DNA of 24,000 nucleotides from Sulfurovum riftiae (GTDB lineage Bacteria; Campylobacterota; Campylobacteria; Campylobacterales; Sulfurovaceae). Below the pieces are notes generated by a model. It saw nothing but the letters and a program-made list of their open reading frames with translations. It did no database searches and was not told the origin of the DNA. The stretch lies in contig NZ_LNKT01000045.1 of the NCBI RefSeq assembly GCF_001595645.1, positions 69,472 through 93,471 of the forward strand. Direction: 5' to 3'. The position numbers were made by a program, and so were the translations under genes. This document shows positions 17,374 to 24,000 of this stretch, one piece after another (within the stretch, counting starts at the first letter, position 1; each line of letters starts with the position of its first letter).

Positions 17374-17399
17374 TCCTACTTCCTACTTCCTACTTCCTC
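17373..17399. repeat. Cassette 2 arm: (TTCCTAC)x3 plus one degenerate unit, forming the rimO C-terminus and stop and reaching the first base of the four-helix-bundle start codon
   Basis: Read directly. Encodes the RimO tail ..SEEVGSRK* on the minus strand. Perfect 24-nt complement of 16981-17008. Confidence 0.95.
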
Positions 17400-18704
17400 A
17401 CTGATGAGTGTTGCCAGCAATTGGCTTCCTACCAGTTCTGTCACCTTTGCTTCATACACTTTTCCATATTCGACCGGGAGGTCGGAAGTGTCGTTGATGA
17501 GGACCTCACCATCAATATCTACTGCCCACTGAAGCGGCCTGGCAGAGAGAAGGTACTCATGCTCGTCGCTTTCGCCGTCGATGACAAGTTCAATGGTCTT
17601 GCTTACCATTTTTTCCAACGATCTTAATGTTGAGGCTTCAGCGATCTCCCCGAGTATCTCTGCTCTCTCATCGATGATCTCCTGGGGGATCTGCTGCATT
17701 GCATAGGCTGTTGTGGTTTCCTCATTGGAATAATGGAAAGTATTGAATCTGTCGAAGCCGAAGTTTTCCATGAAGGTACAGAGTTTCTCAAAGCTCTCCT
17801 GTGTCTCTCCCGGATGCCCTGCAATGACAGAGGTTCTCAGGAAAGCATTGGGTTTGCTTTTCATGTATTCAAGCAGCTCGATGGTTTTCTGCTCGCCAAA
17901 ACCACGCTTCATGATCTTGAGTACAGCATCGTCGATGTGCTGGATAGGCATATCATAGTAGGTCTGGAAGATCTTTGAGTCGGCAATGGCATCGATGAGT
18001 GCAAAGGTGGTCGTGCTTGGATAAAGGTACAGAATACGTGCCGAGCGTACACCTTCAATGGATTCAACAGCATTGATGAGGTCGATGAGTCCGTCTTTGA
18101 GACCCATATCTCTTCCGTAACTCGAGGAGTCCTGTGAGATGAAGGAGAAGTCATAATAGCCTTGTGCAGCCAGCATAGTTACTTCTTTTTCAATGGAAGA
18201 GAGCGAGCGTGAATGCAGTTTTCCTTTGAAGCTCGGAATGGCACAGAAGGAGCAGGCCTGGTTACACCCCTCGGCGATCTTGATATAGGCATGGTAATTC
18301 GAACCGGTAATGACCCTGCCGGAAGTTTCTGTTGCCAGGTAGACTTCCGGGGAGAAGGTACTCTGTTTTGAAGCAATGAGTTCATCGATCTTCTCATAGT
18401 CACCCACACCGGTAAAGATATCGATCTCCGGCATATCCTGCTGAAGCTCCTCTTTGTAACGTTCTGAAAGACAGCCGCTCATGACAAGGATGGACTCTTC
18501 TTTTCGCTGGTTATGCAGTTCCAGTACTGTGTTGATACTCTCTTCTTTTGCCGCATCGATGAAGCCGCAGGTATTGACGATAATGACATCGGCTTCTGTA
18601 TTGTCATCGGTGATCTCATACTCTTTGAGACGGCCAAGCATCACTTCGCTGTCAACAAGGTTTTTGGTACAGCCAAGGCTTACCAGATGTAGTTTTTTAG
18701 ACAT
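17376..18704 (-). CDS. rimO: Ribosomal protein S12 methylthiotransferase
   Basis: MSKKLHLVSLGCTKNLVDSE N-terminus, radical SAM CNQACSFC, TRAM domain. I prefer ATG 18704 to the ORF-track start at 18779. Confidence 0.92.
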   Translation of the reverse strand: MSKKLHLVSLGCTKNLVDSEVMLGRLKEYEITDDNTEADVIIVNTCGFIDAAKEESINTVLELHNQRKEESILVMSGCLSERYKEELQQDMPEIDIFTGVGDYEKIDELIASKQSTFSPEVYLATETSGRVITGSNYHAYIKIAEGCNQACSFCAIPSFKGKLHSRSLSSIEKEVTMLAAQGYYDFSFISQDSSSYGRDMGLKDGLIDLINAVESIEGVRSARILYLYPSTTTFALIDAIADSKIFQTYYDMPIQHIDDAVLKIMKRGFGEQKTIELLEYMKSKPNAFLRTSVIAGHPGETQESFEKLCTFMENFGFDRFNTFHYSNEETTTAYAMQQIPQEIIDERAEILGEIAEASTLRSLEKMVSKTIELVIDGESDEHEYLLSARPLQWAVDIDGEVLINDTSDLPVEYGKVYEAKVTELVGSQLLATLISEEVGSRK

Positions 18705-18734
18705 AGTTTTTCTTTTAGTTATAAAATTTTTGAG

Positions 18735-18743
18735 ATTATAGCA
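18735..18743 (-). promoter_or_regulatory. Extended -10 (TGCTATAAT) candidate promoter for rimO
   Basis: The minus-strand sequence TGCTATAAT lies about 31 nt upstream of the rimO ATG. Confidence 0.5.
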
Positions 18744-18843
18744 TATTCTTGTAGATAGAAAAATCGAAGGATCCGTCATTCTCGGCTTGACTGGGAATCT
18801 ATAGATATCGTTCTAAATAATAAGGTTTGAATTTTTTTAAGGG

Positions 18844-18885
18844 AAAATAAAAAAGAGGCAAGAGCCGGGCCGCAGGCCCGAACTC
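18844..18885 (-). terminator. Rho-independent terminator of the porin gene
   Basis: Minus strand: GAGTTCGGGCC-TGC-GGCCCGGCTC followed by TTGCCTCTTTTTTATTTT. Confidence 0.85.
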
Positions 18886-18913
18886 TCTGTGTTACAACGT
18901 TAAGAACTGATTC

Positions 18914-20371
18914 TTAGAAGTCGTAAGAAGCGATTAGACGGATAACGTTGTTTGTTTCTGGAATAAATGCACCAGTGTTACCACTGTCATCTCTGTTAGG
19001 ATTGTTTGAACCCCAGTCGAAATCTTGGTTAATCCACATTGCTTTAAGACCAAGGTCTCCATAAGCAGTGTTGAATTTTGTAGCATAGATGAAGTCAAAT
19101 TCATTGAAGTCATGATCATTTCCATCTAAACCATCTTCAACATCGGAAGCACCGTATGCAGCGATGAATTTACCACCAAGACCTTTGTATATACCTTTGA
19201 TCATCCATGTGTCAACATCACCCTGATGTCCATCGATGAAGATCTGGTTAAGAACCATCTGAGTATAGAGTGGAGATTTAACACCTGTACCGAAGTTTGT
19301 TACAGTAAGACCACCATCTGTGTCTACACCCGTATAGGCAGCCAATGCACTGAAGTCACCCCAGTGTCCACCTACTTTTACACCCCATGCAGTTGTGCTG
19401 TCTACAACAATGTCACTTGCATCAAGGTATCCACCTTGAAGGCCGAATTCTACAGGGAAGTCAGCAGTGTTGTATGCAAGATCACCCCAAAGTACATCAA
19501 CATCTACGTCTGCACCATTAACACCACCACCTTTAATAGCAGATGGAGCATAATAGTATGTACCTGTTGCTGTCAAACCTGCAATAGATTTGTTCTGTGC
19601 AGTCAACATATAGACACCATCATCAGCAATTCTTTCCCAGTCAGCCATATCATGAGTACTGGTAATTGCTACAATTGAACCAGCCCAGCTACGAGAACCG
19701 TTTGCTCTAGTTACATAAGCACCGACCAAAGTTGTGTCTGGAAGGTCTGTGTTAACAACAAGTGCTGCTTCAAATGTGTTCTTGAAGATATTCCAACCCT
19801 CAGAGAATGCAAATGGAGAAAGAGATTTAGGAAGTTCTTGACGACCTATTTTGATTGAAGTATTAGCGATACCATATGTCAAGTATGCCTGGCTGATCCA
19901 TGCTCCACTCAATGCATTGTCTGCATCTTTTGTACCATTCAAGAATGCATCCTGCTCACCAACACTTTGCATACTACCTGTCACAACACCATAGTCTACA
20001 AGGTTTAGAGTTGAAAGACCAGTAAGCTCAGCACCGAAACCGATACCTGCGATCACGTCTTTGTTGCTTACTCTGAGTTGAAGACCAGCATCTGCTGCAG
20101 AAGATCTTCTGTCAAACATATCGTTGTCAGCACCTACGATAGGCCCAGCAACACCACCACCTGGTAGTCCACCGTATGGTAGTATATTGAGGCCGCCTGC
20201 CCCAAGTGCACCATAAACAAAGTTCTGGTGATCCATTGTCTGGTAATAAACTTTTGCTGTTCCACTCCACTCCCAGTTGGAAGTTTCCTCTACTACTGGT
20301 GCTGGAGCGATATCACCGCCCGCCATAACTGCTACTGAAGCCACTACTGAAAGTAATAATGCTTTTTTCAT
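18914..20371 (-). CDS. Major outer membrane porin (Campylobacter MOMP/PorA-like)
   Basis: Signal peptide MKKALLLSVVASVAVMAGG. G/Y/T/D-rich beta-barrel composition. C-terminal ..LIASYDF. Consensus promoter, AGGAG RBS and a strong terminator suggest high expression. Confidence 0.8.
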   Translation of the reverse strand: MKKALLLSVVASVAVMAGGDIAPAPVVEETSNWEWSGTAKVYYQTMDHQNFVYGALGAGGLNILPYGGLPGGGVAGPIVGADNDMFDRRSSAADAGLQLRVSNKDVIAGIGFGAELTGLSTLNLVDYGVVTGSMQSVGEQDAFLNGTKDADNALSGAWISQAYLTYGIANTSIKIGRQELPKSLSPFAFSEGWNIFKNTFEAALVVNTDLPDTTLVGAYVTRANGSRSWAGSIVAITSTHDMADWERIADDGVYMLTAQNKSIAGLTATGTYYYAPSAIKGGGVNGADVDVDVLWGDLAYNTADFPVEFGLQGGYLDASDIVVDSTTAWGVKVGGHWGDFSALAAYTGVDTDGGLTVTNFGTGVKSPLYTQMVLNQIFIDGHQGDVDTWMIKGIYKGLGGKFIAAYGASDVEDGLDGNDHDFNEFDFIYATKFNTAYGDLGLKAMWINQDFDWGSNNPNRDDSGNTGAFIPETNNVIRLIASYDF

Positions 20372-20403
20372 TGTAATCTCCTTGTTTTTTTGAATACGAG
20401 CGA

Positions 20404-20433
20404 ATTATAACATATTATATTTATAAATGTCAA
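20404..20433 (-). promoter_or_regulatory. Near-consensus sigma-70 promoter for the porin gene
   Basis: Minus strand: TTGACA, 18-nt spacer, TATAAT. AGGAG RBS (20378-20382 on the + strand) precedes the ATG. Confidence 0.7.
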
Positions 20434-20702
20434 GTTTATTAATAAAAAGTTAATGGAGGAAACGATTGCTTATGAACCCCGTGTACACGTATGGTTTTGA
20501 TGATTTTTAAATAACTTAAATTAATTTTAAAGAAATTTTTTTAAGAAAAATACGCTTTTTTTAAGAATAGTAAACGATTTTTTAACCGGATTAGCTAAAG
20601 ATAAGAGACTGATAATGAAGGATTATGAATAAGCGATCGCTTGATGAACGTACAGTTTGAAAATTTAGAGTTGAAAAGTTCGTAATTTAGGGGGTTTGTA
20701 AG

Positions 20703-20778
20703 TGGTGGCGCCGGACGGAATCGAACCGCCGACACATGGATTTTCAATCCATTGCTCTACCAACTGAGCTACGGAGCC
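20703..20778 (-). tRNA. tRNA-Phe (anticodon GAA)
   Basis: The reverse complement reads GGCTCCGTAGCTCAGTTGGTAGAGCAATGGATTGAAAATCCATGTGTCGGCGGTTCGATTCCGTCCGGCGCCACCA. Cloverleaf with D arm GCTC/GAGC, anticodon loop TTGAAAA, T-loop TTCGATT and encoded CCA. One U4:C69 acceptor mismatch. Confidence 0.93.
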
Positions 20779-20921
20779 ACTGTAGTTGTTTGTAAGTGGC
20801 TGAAATTATAACGGCTTAAACTTAAAATAAAAAGAGAAAATGGAATAATGTATTATTTTTGATGAGATTCCGGATCAAGTCCGGAATGACGTTGAGAACA
20901 GATATGGAATAGCAAAAGATC

Positions 20922-22166
20922 TTAAAGTTGTTTTACCAGGTTCATAAAGATCTCTCCTCTTTGGGCGTAATTCTTGAACTGGTCAAAACTTGCAGCGGCG
21001 GGGGAGAGGAGGCCTACATCATCGGCCTGCATATTTTTGTCAATGGCATGTACGGCGTTTTCAAGTGTGTTTGATTCGACGGCAGGGATATTGTATTCCC
21101 TGGCAAGTGAAAGAAGTCTTTCGCTGTTCGCCCCGATCGTATATAATGTAAGTGAAACCTGGGACATGGCTTCAAAATAGGGGTGCAGGTCAACACCCTT
21201 GTCATCCCCCCCTGCAATGAGGTGGATGTGATGGTCGTCATAGGCCTTTATGGCCTGGACCGCGGCATCCACATTGGTTGCTTTGGAGTCATTCACCCAG
21301 AGTCTTCCTTGTGCATCGTGGAACTCCTGCTGCCTGTTGAGATCCATTTTGAAGGTATTGATACAGGCATAGTCCACTTCGTCGAAAAGGACACGGGTCA
21401 CTGCCAGTGCCAGCATGGCATCTTCCAGAAAGGCCGCTTTGAAGTTGATGAGGGCCGGGTCAATGTTGAAATAGTCCGAGAGGAAATCTGTGGAGTCGTA
21501 CTCGACGACAAAAGCATCTGTTTCAGGCAGGTTCAGCCCTTTGGGGACCAGTGCCAGCTCCCCCTCTTTCATGGTAAGCAGCGGACGGAGCTTGTCTGCC
21601 TCATAGGCCTCTTCCGTACCGTGCCAATCAAGATGATCCGGTGTGATGGGAAGCAGGAGATAAATATCCGGTGAGGCGGTCTTTGTATAGTGAAGGGCAT
21701 AGGAACTTGACTCGAGTACCCAGATGGGGGCTTCTGCATCCATTGCCGCCAAGGGTACGCCGATGTTTCCCCCGCTTACCGCACCCCTGTGTTCGAGCAG
21801 GTGGGTAAGCATCTGGGTGGTGGTGGTCTTGCCATTGGTGCCACTGATCCAAACTGTGAATGGCATATGCCGTTCAAGTGAAGAGTGAAGAGTGAAGAGT
21901 GAAGAATGATGTGGTGCCAGAATGTAGTCATATTCGCTCAAAAGATGTTTGGCTTTCTGAATGAGCGGATGGTTTGGCTTGAGGCTTGGTGTAGTGACCT
22001 CAAGTTCACTTTTGTCCGGATCGAACAGCGAAGAGGGCAGTATCTTGTTGCCTTCCTCATCTGTATAGGGTTCTTTGACATTGTCATCATAGAAGATACA
22101 TCCCCCTCCCAGCTTTTTGGCAATGGCTCTAGTGGTCAGTCCGTATCCGAATAGTGTGGGCTTCAT
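20922..22166 (-). CDS. murD: UDP-N-acetylmuramoylalanine--D-glutamate ligase
   Basis: Epsilon-type N-terminus MKPTLFGYGLTTRAIAKKL, P-loop GTNGKTTTT, Mur ligase central and C-terminal domains (NDSKATN). Carries an in-frame heptamer-array insertion just before the P-loop. Confidence 0.93.
   Translation of the reverse strand: MKPTLFGYGLTTRAIAKKLGGGCIFYDDNVKEPYTDEEGNKILPSSLFDPDKSELEVTTPSLKPNHPLIQKAKHLLSEYDYILAPHHSSLFTLHSSLERHMPFTVWISGTNGKTTTTQMLTHLLEHRGAVSGGNIGVPLAAMDAEAPIWVLESSSYALHYTKTASPDIYLLLPITPDHLDWHGTEEAYEADKLRPLLTMKEGELALVPKGLNLPETDAFVVEYDSTDFLSDYFNIDPALINFKAAFLEDAMLALAVTRVLFDEVDYACINTFKMDLNRQQEFHDAQGRLWVNDSKATNVDAAVQAIKAYDDHHIHLIAGGDDKGVDLHPYFEAMSQVSLTLYTIGANSERLLSLAREYNIPAVESNTLENAVHAIDKNMQADDVGLLSPAAASFDQFKNYAQRGEIFMNLVKQL
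21879..21907. repeat. Intragenic heptamer array (TGAAGAG)x3 plus TGAAGAA inside murD
   Basis: Read directly. Same sequence and orientation as the 22187-22216 arm. Translated on the minus strand as HHSSLFTLHSSLE. Confidence 0.9.
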
Positions 22167-22186
22167 GAAAAACTCCGCTTTTCAAA

Positions 22187-22216
22187 TGAAGAGTGAAGAG
22201 TGAAGAGTGAAGAGTG
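22187..22216. repeat. Cassette 3 arm: (TGAAGAG)x4 between the four-helix-bundle stop and the murD RBS
   Basis: Four perfect tandem heptamers. Reverse complement of 22657-22677. Confidence 0.95.
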
Positions 22217-22250
22217 TTGGTTTGCATTGCTGTGCAATGCTTCTATTATA

Positions 22251-22610
22251 TCAGGATGCATTGTTGATGTTCTCTTTTGCTGTTTTGATACTTGATGCAA
22301 GTATTTTTAAAAGGTGTTCTATATCGTCAAGGAGACTAAGTGCAAGTTTTTCCTGAAGATAATTACAGTCCTTTAAAAGCCGTAGCCAGTATTTTGTTTC
22401 ATTTGCTTCTTTAAGTGAAATAGATAGTTTATTGATAAAGTCAAGTTTTGATTGTGCATACTTGCCTTCTGCGATCAAGGCACCAATCGCCGTTCCTGAA
22501 CGTAAAAGCTGTTTGCTAAGAATAAATTCTTTTTTCTCTTGCTGTAAATACTCATTACATTTTACAATGCGAATGGAAAAATTGTAACTCTTCTCTTCTA
22601 GTATACTCAT
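22251..22610 (-). CDS. Four-helix-bundle protein (23S rRNA IVS protein / Avd-like family), copy 3
   Basis: KSYNFSIRIVKC...LSKQLLRSGTAIGALIAEGKYAQSKLDFINKLSISLKEANETKYWLRLL. 119 aa, AT-rich, and the most diverged of the three copies. Confidence 0.88.
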   Translation of the reverse strand: MSILEEKSYNFSIRIVKCNEYLQQEKKEFILSKQLLRSGTAIGALIAEGKYAQSKLDFINKLSISLKEANETKYWLRLLKDCNYLQEKLALSLLDDIEHLLKILASSIKTAKENINNAS

Positions 22611-22656
22611 GGTTCTTTCTCAAAAGATGGAAGCTTTCTGAAAGAAAGCATACCAC

Positions 22657-22688
22657 AACTCTTCACTCTTCACTCTTAATTCTTCACT
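22657..22688. repeat. Cassette 3 arm: ACTCTTC/ACTCTTC/ACTCTTA/ATTCTTC/ACTG between the mraY stop and the four-helix-bundle gene
   Basis: 7-nt periodicity. 22658-22677 is a perfect 20-nt complement of the (GAAGAGT)n arm. Confidence 0.9.
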
Positions 22689-22707
22689 GCTCAAAGTAAA
22701 GCTTTGA

Positions 22708-23766
22708 TCATCTAATTTTAAGTGTGATGAGTGCGAGTACATTGGTGATGAATGCGATCATCCAGAAGCGGATGATGATCTTGTTCTCGGGCCACTCTTT
22801 GAGTTCGAAGTGGTGGTGGATGGGTGCCATGAGGAAAACACGTTTCTTGCGCAGTTTGTAGCTTCCGACCTGCAGAATGACAGAAACAGTTTCCATGACG
22901 AAGATGAAACCGATGAGAATGAGCAGGACCTCACTTTTGCCAAGGATGGCAAGGTATGCCAGAAAACCACCGATAGAGAGGCTTCCCGTATCTCCCATGA
23001 AGATCTCCGCCGGATAACAGTTGTACCATAAGAATCCCATAAGTGCACCGGCAAGTGCAGTAGTAAGGACCAGGACCTCTCCCACACCTTTGATGTTGGG
23101 CATCAGGAGGTACTCGCTGATGATTGCATGTCCTGTAATGTAGACGATGACGCCAAGAGAGACGAGAGAGATGATGGAAGGTACCGTTGCCAGGCCATCC
23201 AGGCCATCGGTAAGGTTCACGGCATTGGTGACAGCAAGGAACATGACGATCCAAAAGGGGATGGCAAAATACCCCATATCAAAAAGTGGTGTCTTGACAA
23301 AAGGCACATAGAATTCAGTGGGGAAACCGGAGTAGACAAGCAGGCCGGTGGAGATAAGGGCAACAACGACCTGCAGGCCCATTTTTCCGCGGGGAGTAAG
23401 CCCCTCAAGGTTGTCACCTGAGAGAATTTTCCCAATGTCATCCTTAAAGCCTACCAGGCCAAAACCTACAAGAGTAATAAGCCCACCCCAGACATAGATG
23501 TTGGCCAGGTCGATGACGATGAATGCGGCGATAAGTGTTGCCGTAATGAAAACCGCTCCGCCCATAGTAGGGGTCTTTCCTTTGCCTGCATGTGCTGCGA
23601 CATATTTGCTGATGGGCTGGTTGGCATTTTTGGAAATGGCCCAGGCCAGATACTTTGGCATGAGTATCAAGACAAGCAGAAAAGCAAGCAGAAAAGCGAG
23701 TCCGGCACGCACGGAGATGTATCCGAAAAGGTTCATGTGGAGGAGATGGTTCAGTTCATATAGCAT
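22708..23766 (-). CDS. mraY: Phospho-N-acetylmuramoyl-pentapeptide transferase
   Basis: Ten-TM protein with [13 protein letters not shown], the conserved [11 protein letters not shown] motif (here [11 protein letters not shown]), and APIHHHFE. Confidence 0.95.
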   Translation of the reverse strand: MLYELNHLLHMNLFGYISVRAGLAFLLAFLLVLILMPKYLAWAISKNANQPISKYVAAHAGKGKTPTMGGAVFITATLIAAFIVIDLANIYVWGGLITLVGFGLVGFKDDIGKILSGDNLEGLTPRGKMGLQVVVALISTGLLVYSGFPTEFYVPFVKTPLFDMGYFAIPFWIVMFLAVTNAVNLTDGLDGLATVPSIISLVSLGVIVYITGHAIISEYLLMPNIKGVGEVLVLTTALAGALMGFLWYNCYPAEIFMGDTGSLSIGGFLAYLAILGKSEVLLILIGFIFVMETVSVILQVGSYKLRKKRVFLMAPIHHHFELKEWPENKIIIRFWMIAFITNVLALITLKIR

Positions 23767-23876
23767 AGGCGACTTTCATTTTGGGATACCGGTAGTAGTA
23801 TCCCTTTAGGTATAAGAAAGGTTATTTTACTATGATTTCAATAAAAATAAGACATTTAAATATGCAGGATAATTTA

Positions 23877-24000
23877 TGAGTATTCAGAAAACAGTGCTGA
23901 TCATCACCGACGGTATCGGGTATAAGCCCCAGGGGGGCTGCAATGCATTCGAAGCGGCCAAAAAACCGACCTATGAAATGCTTTTTAAAACAGCCCCGTA
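23877..24000 (+). CDS. gpmI: 2,3-bisphosphoglycerate-independent phosphoglycerate mutase, 5' part (runs off the window)
   Basis: ATG at 23877, then [41 protein letters not shown]. This matches the iPGM N-terminus pattern (LIILDGxG...NA...AxxPxxD.L). Confidence 0.8.

Noticed and set aside
18914-20371. Whether the porin gene is horizontally acquired, because its composition and codon usage look different
   Set aside because: The bias (GGT/ACT/GCT-type codons), the consensus promoter and the strong terminator fit a highly expressed native gene better than a foreign one.
20631-20642. Perfect 12-nt palindrome AAGCGATCGCTT containing the cyanobacterial HIP1 octamer GCGATCGC
   Set aside because: Single occurrence in the window, with no loop for a hairpin and no context. 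Most likely chance.
20867-20887. Hairpin ATTCCGGA-TCAAG-TCCGGAAT downstream of murD as a terminator
   Set aside because: The 8-bp stem is real, but no U-tract follows on the murD (minus) strand, which is A-rich instead. I left it uncalled. It may still be a stabilising 3' structure.
10199-22688. Could the short tandem repeat arrays be CRISPR arrays?
   Set aside because: The units are only 7 nt, directly abutting with no spacers, with 4-5 units per array and arranged as inverted pairs. There are no cas genes. This is not CRISPR.

Overview
This looks like a chromosomal segment from a Campylobacterota (Epsilonproteobacteria) genome. The gene order matches Helicobacter/Campylobacter: polyE-gmk-tatA-argS, gap-pgk-tpiA, small ORF-miaB-DUF374, mraY-murD, an XerH-type recombinase and a MOMP-like porin. 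A sulfur-oxidiser lineage such as Sulfurovum is only a guess.

Positions 1-2900 are a visibly AT-richer junkyard. It holds a decayed IS256-type transposase, a small beta-barrel OMP, a truncated Sel1/Hcp-like fragment, and a frameshifted IS200/IS605 tnpA with both end hairpins intact. The rest is dense housekeeping: gmk, tatA, argS, rsfS, nadD, gap, pgk, tpiA, nusA, miaB, xerH, tilS, rimO, porin, tRNA-Phe, murD, mraY and the gpmI 5' end.

The standout is three intact but mutually diverged, AT-rich 'four-helix-bundle protein' genes (23S rRNA intervening-sequence protein / Avd-like family). They lie at 10221-10580 (+), 17020-17373 (-) and 22251-22610 (-).
- Each is co-oriented with its host genes and wedged exactly between two of them: pgk|tpiA, rimO|tilS and mraY|murD.
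- Each is bracketed by inverted arrays of about four tandem 7-nt units.
- The heptamer differs per locus (TGAACAR, GAAGTAG, GAAGAGT), but the two arms at each locus stay complementary over 15-24 bp. That covariation suggests selection on a stem.

Related heptamer arrays occur without an ORF: in frame inside murD, as a self-complementary hairpin directly after tatA, and in decayed form upstream of miaB. I propose an IVS-like, possibly mobile, RNA-structured cassette family living inside mRNAs. Function and mobility are untested inference.

A second repeat class, GTAG...CTAC double-hairpin palindromes, fills three intergenic spacers (two between convergent genes, one between co-directional genes).
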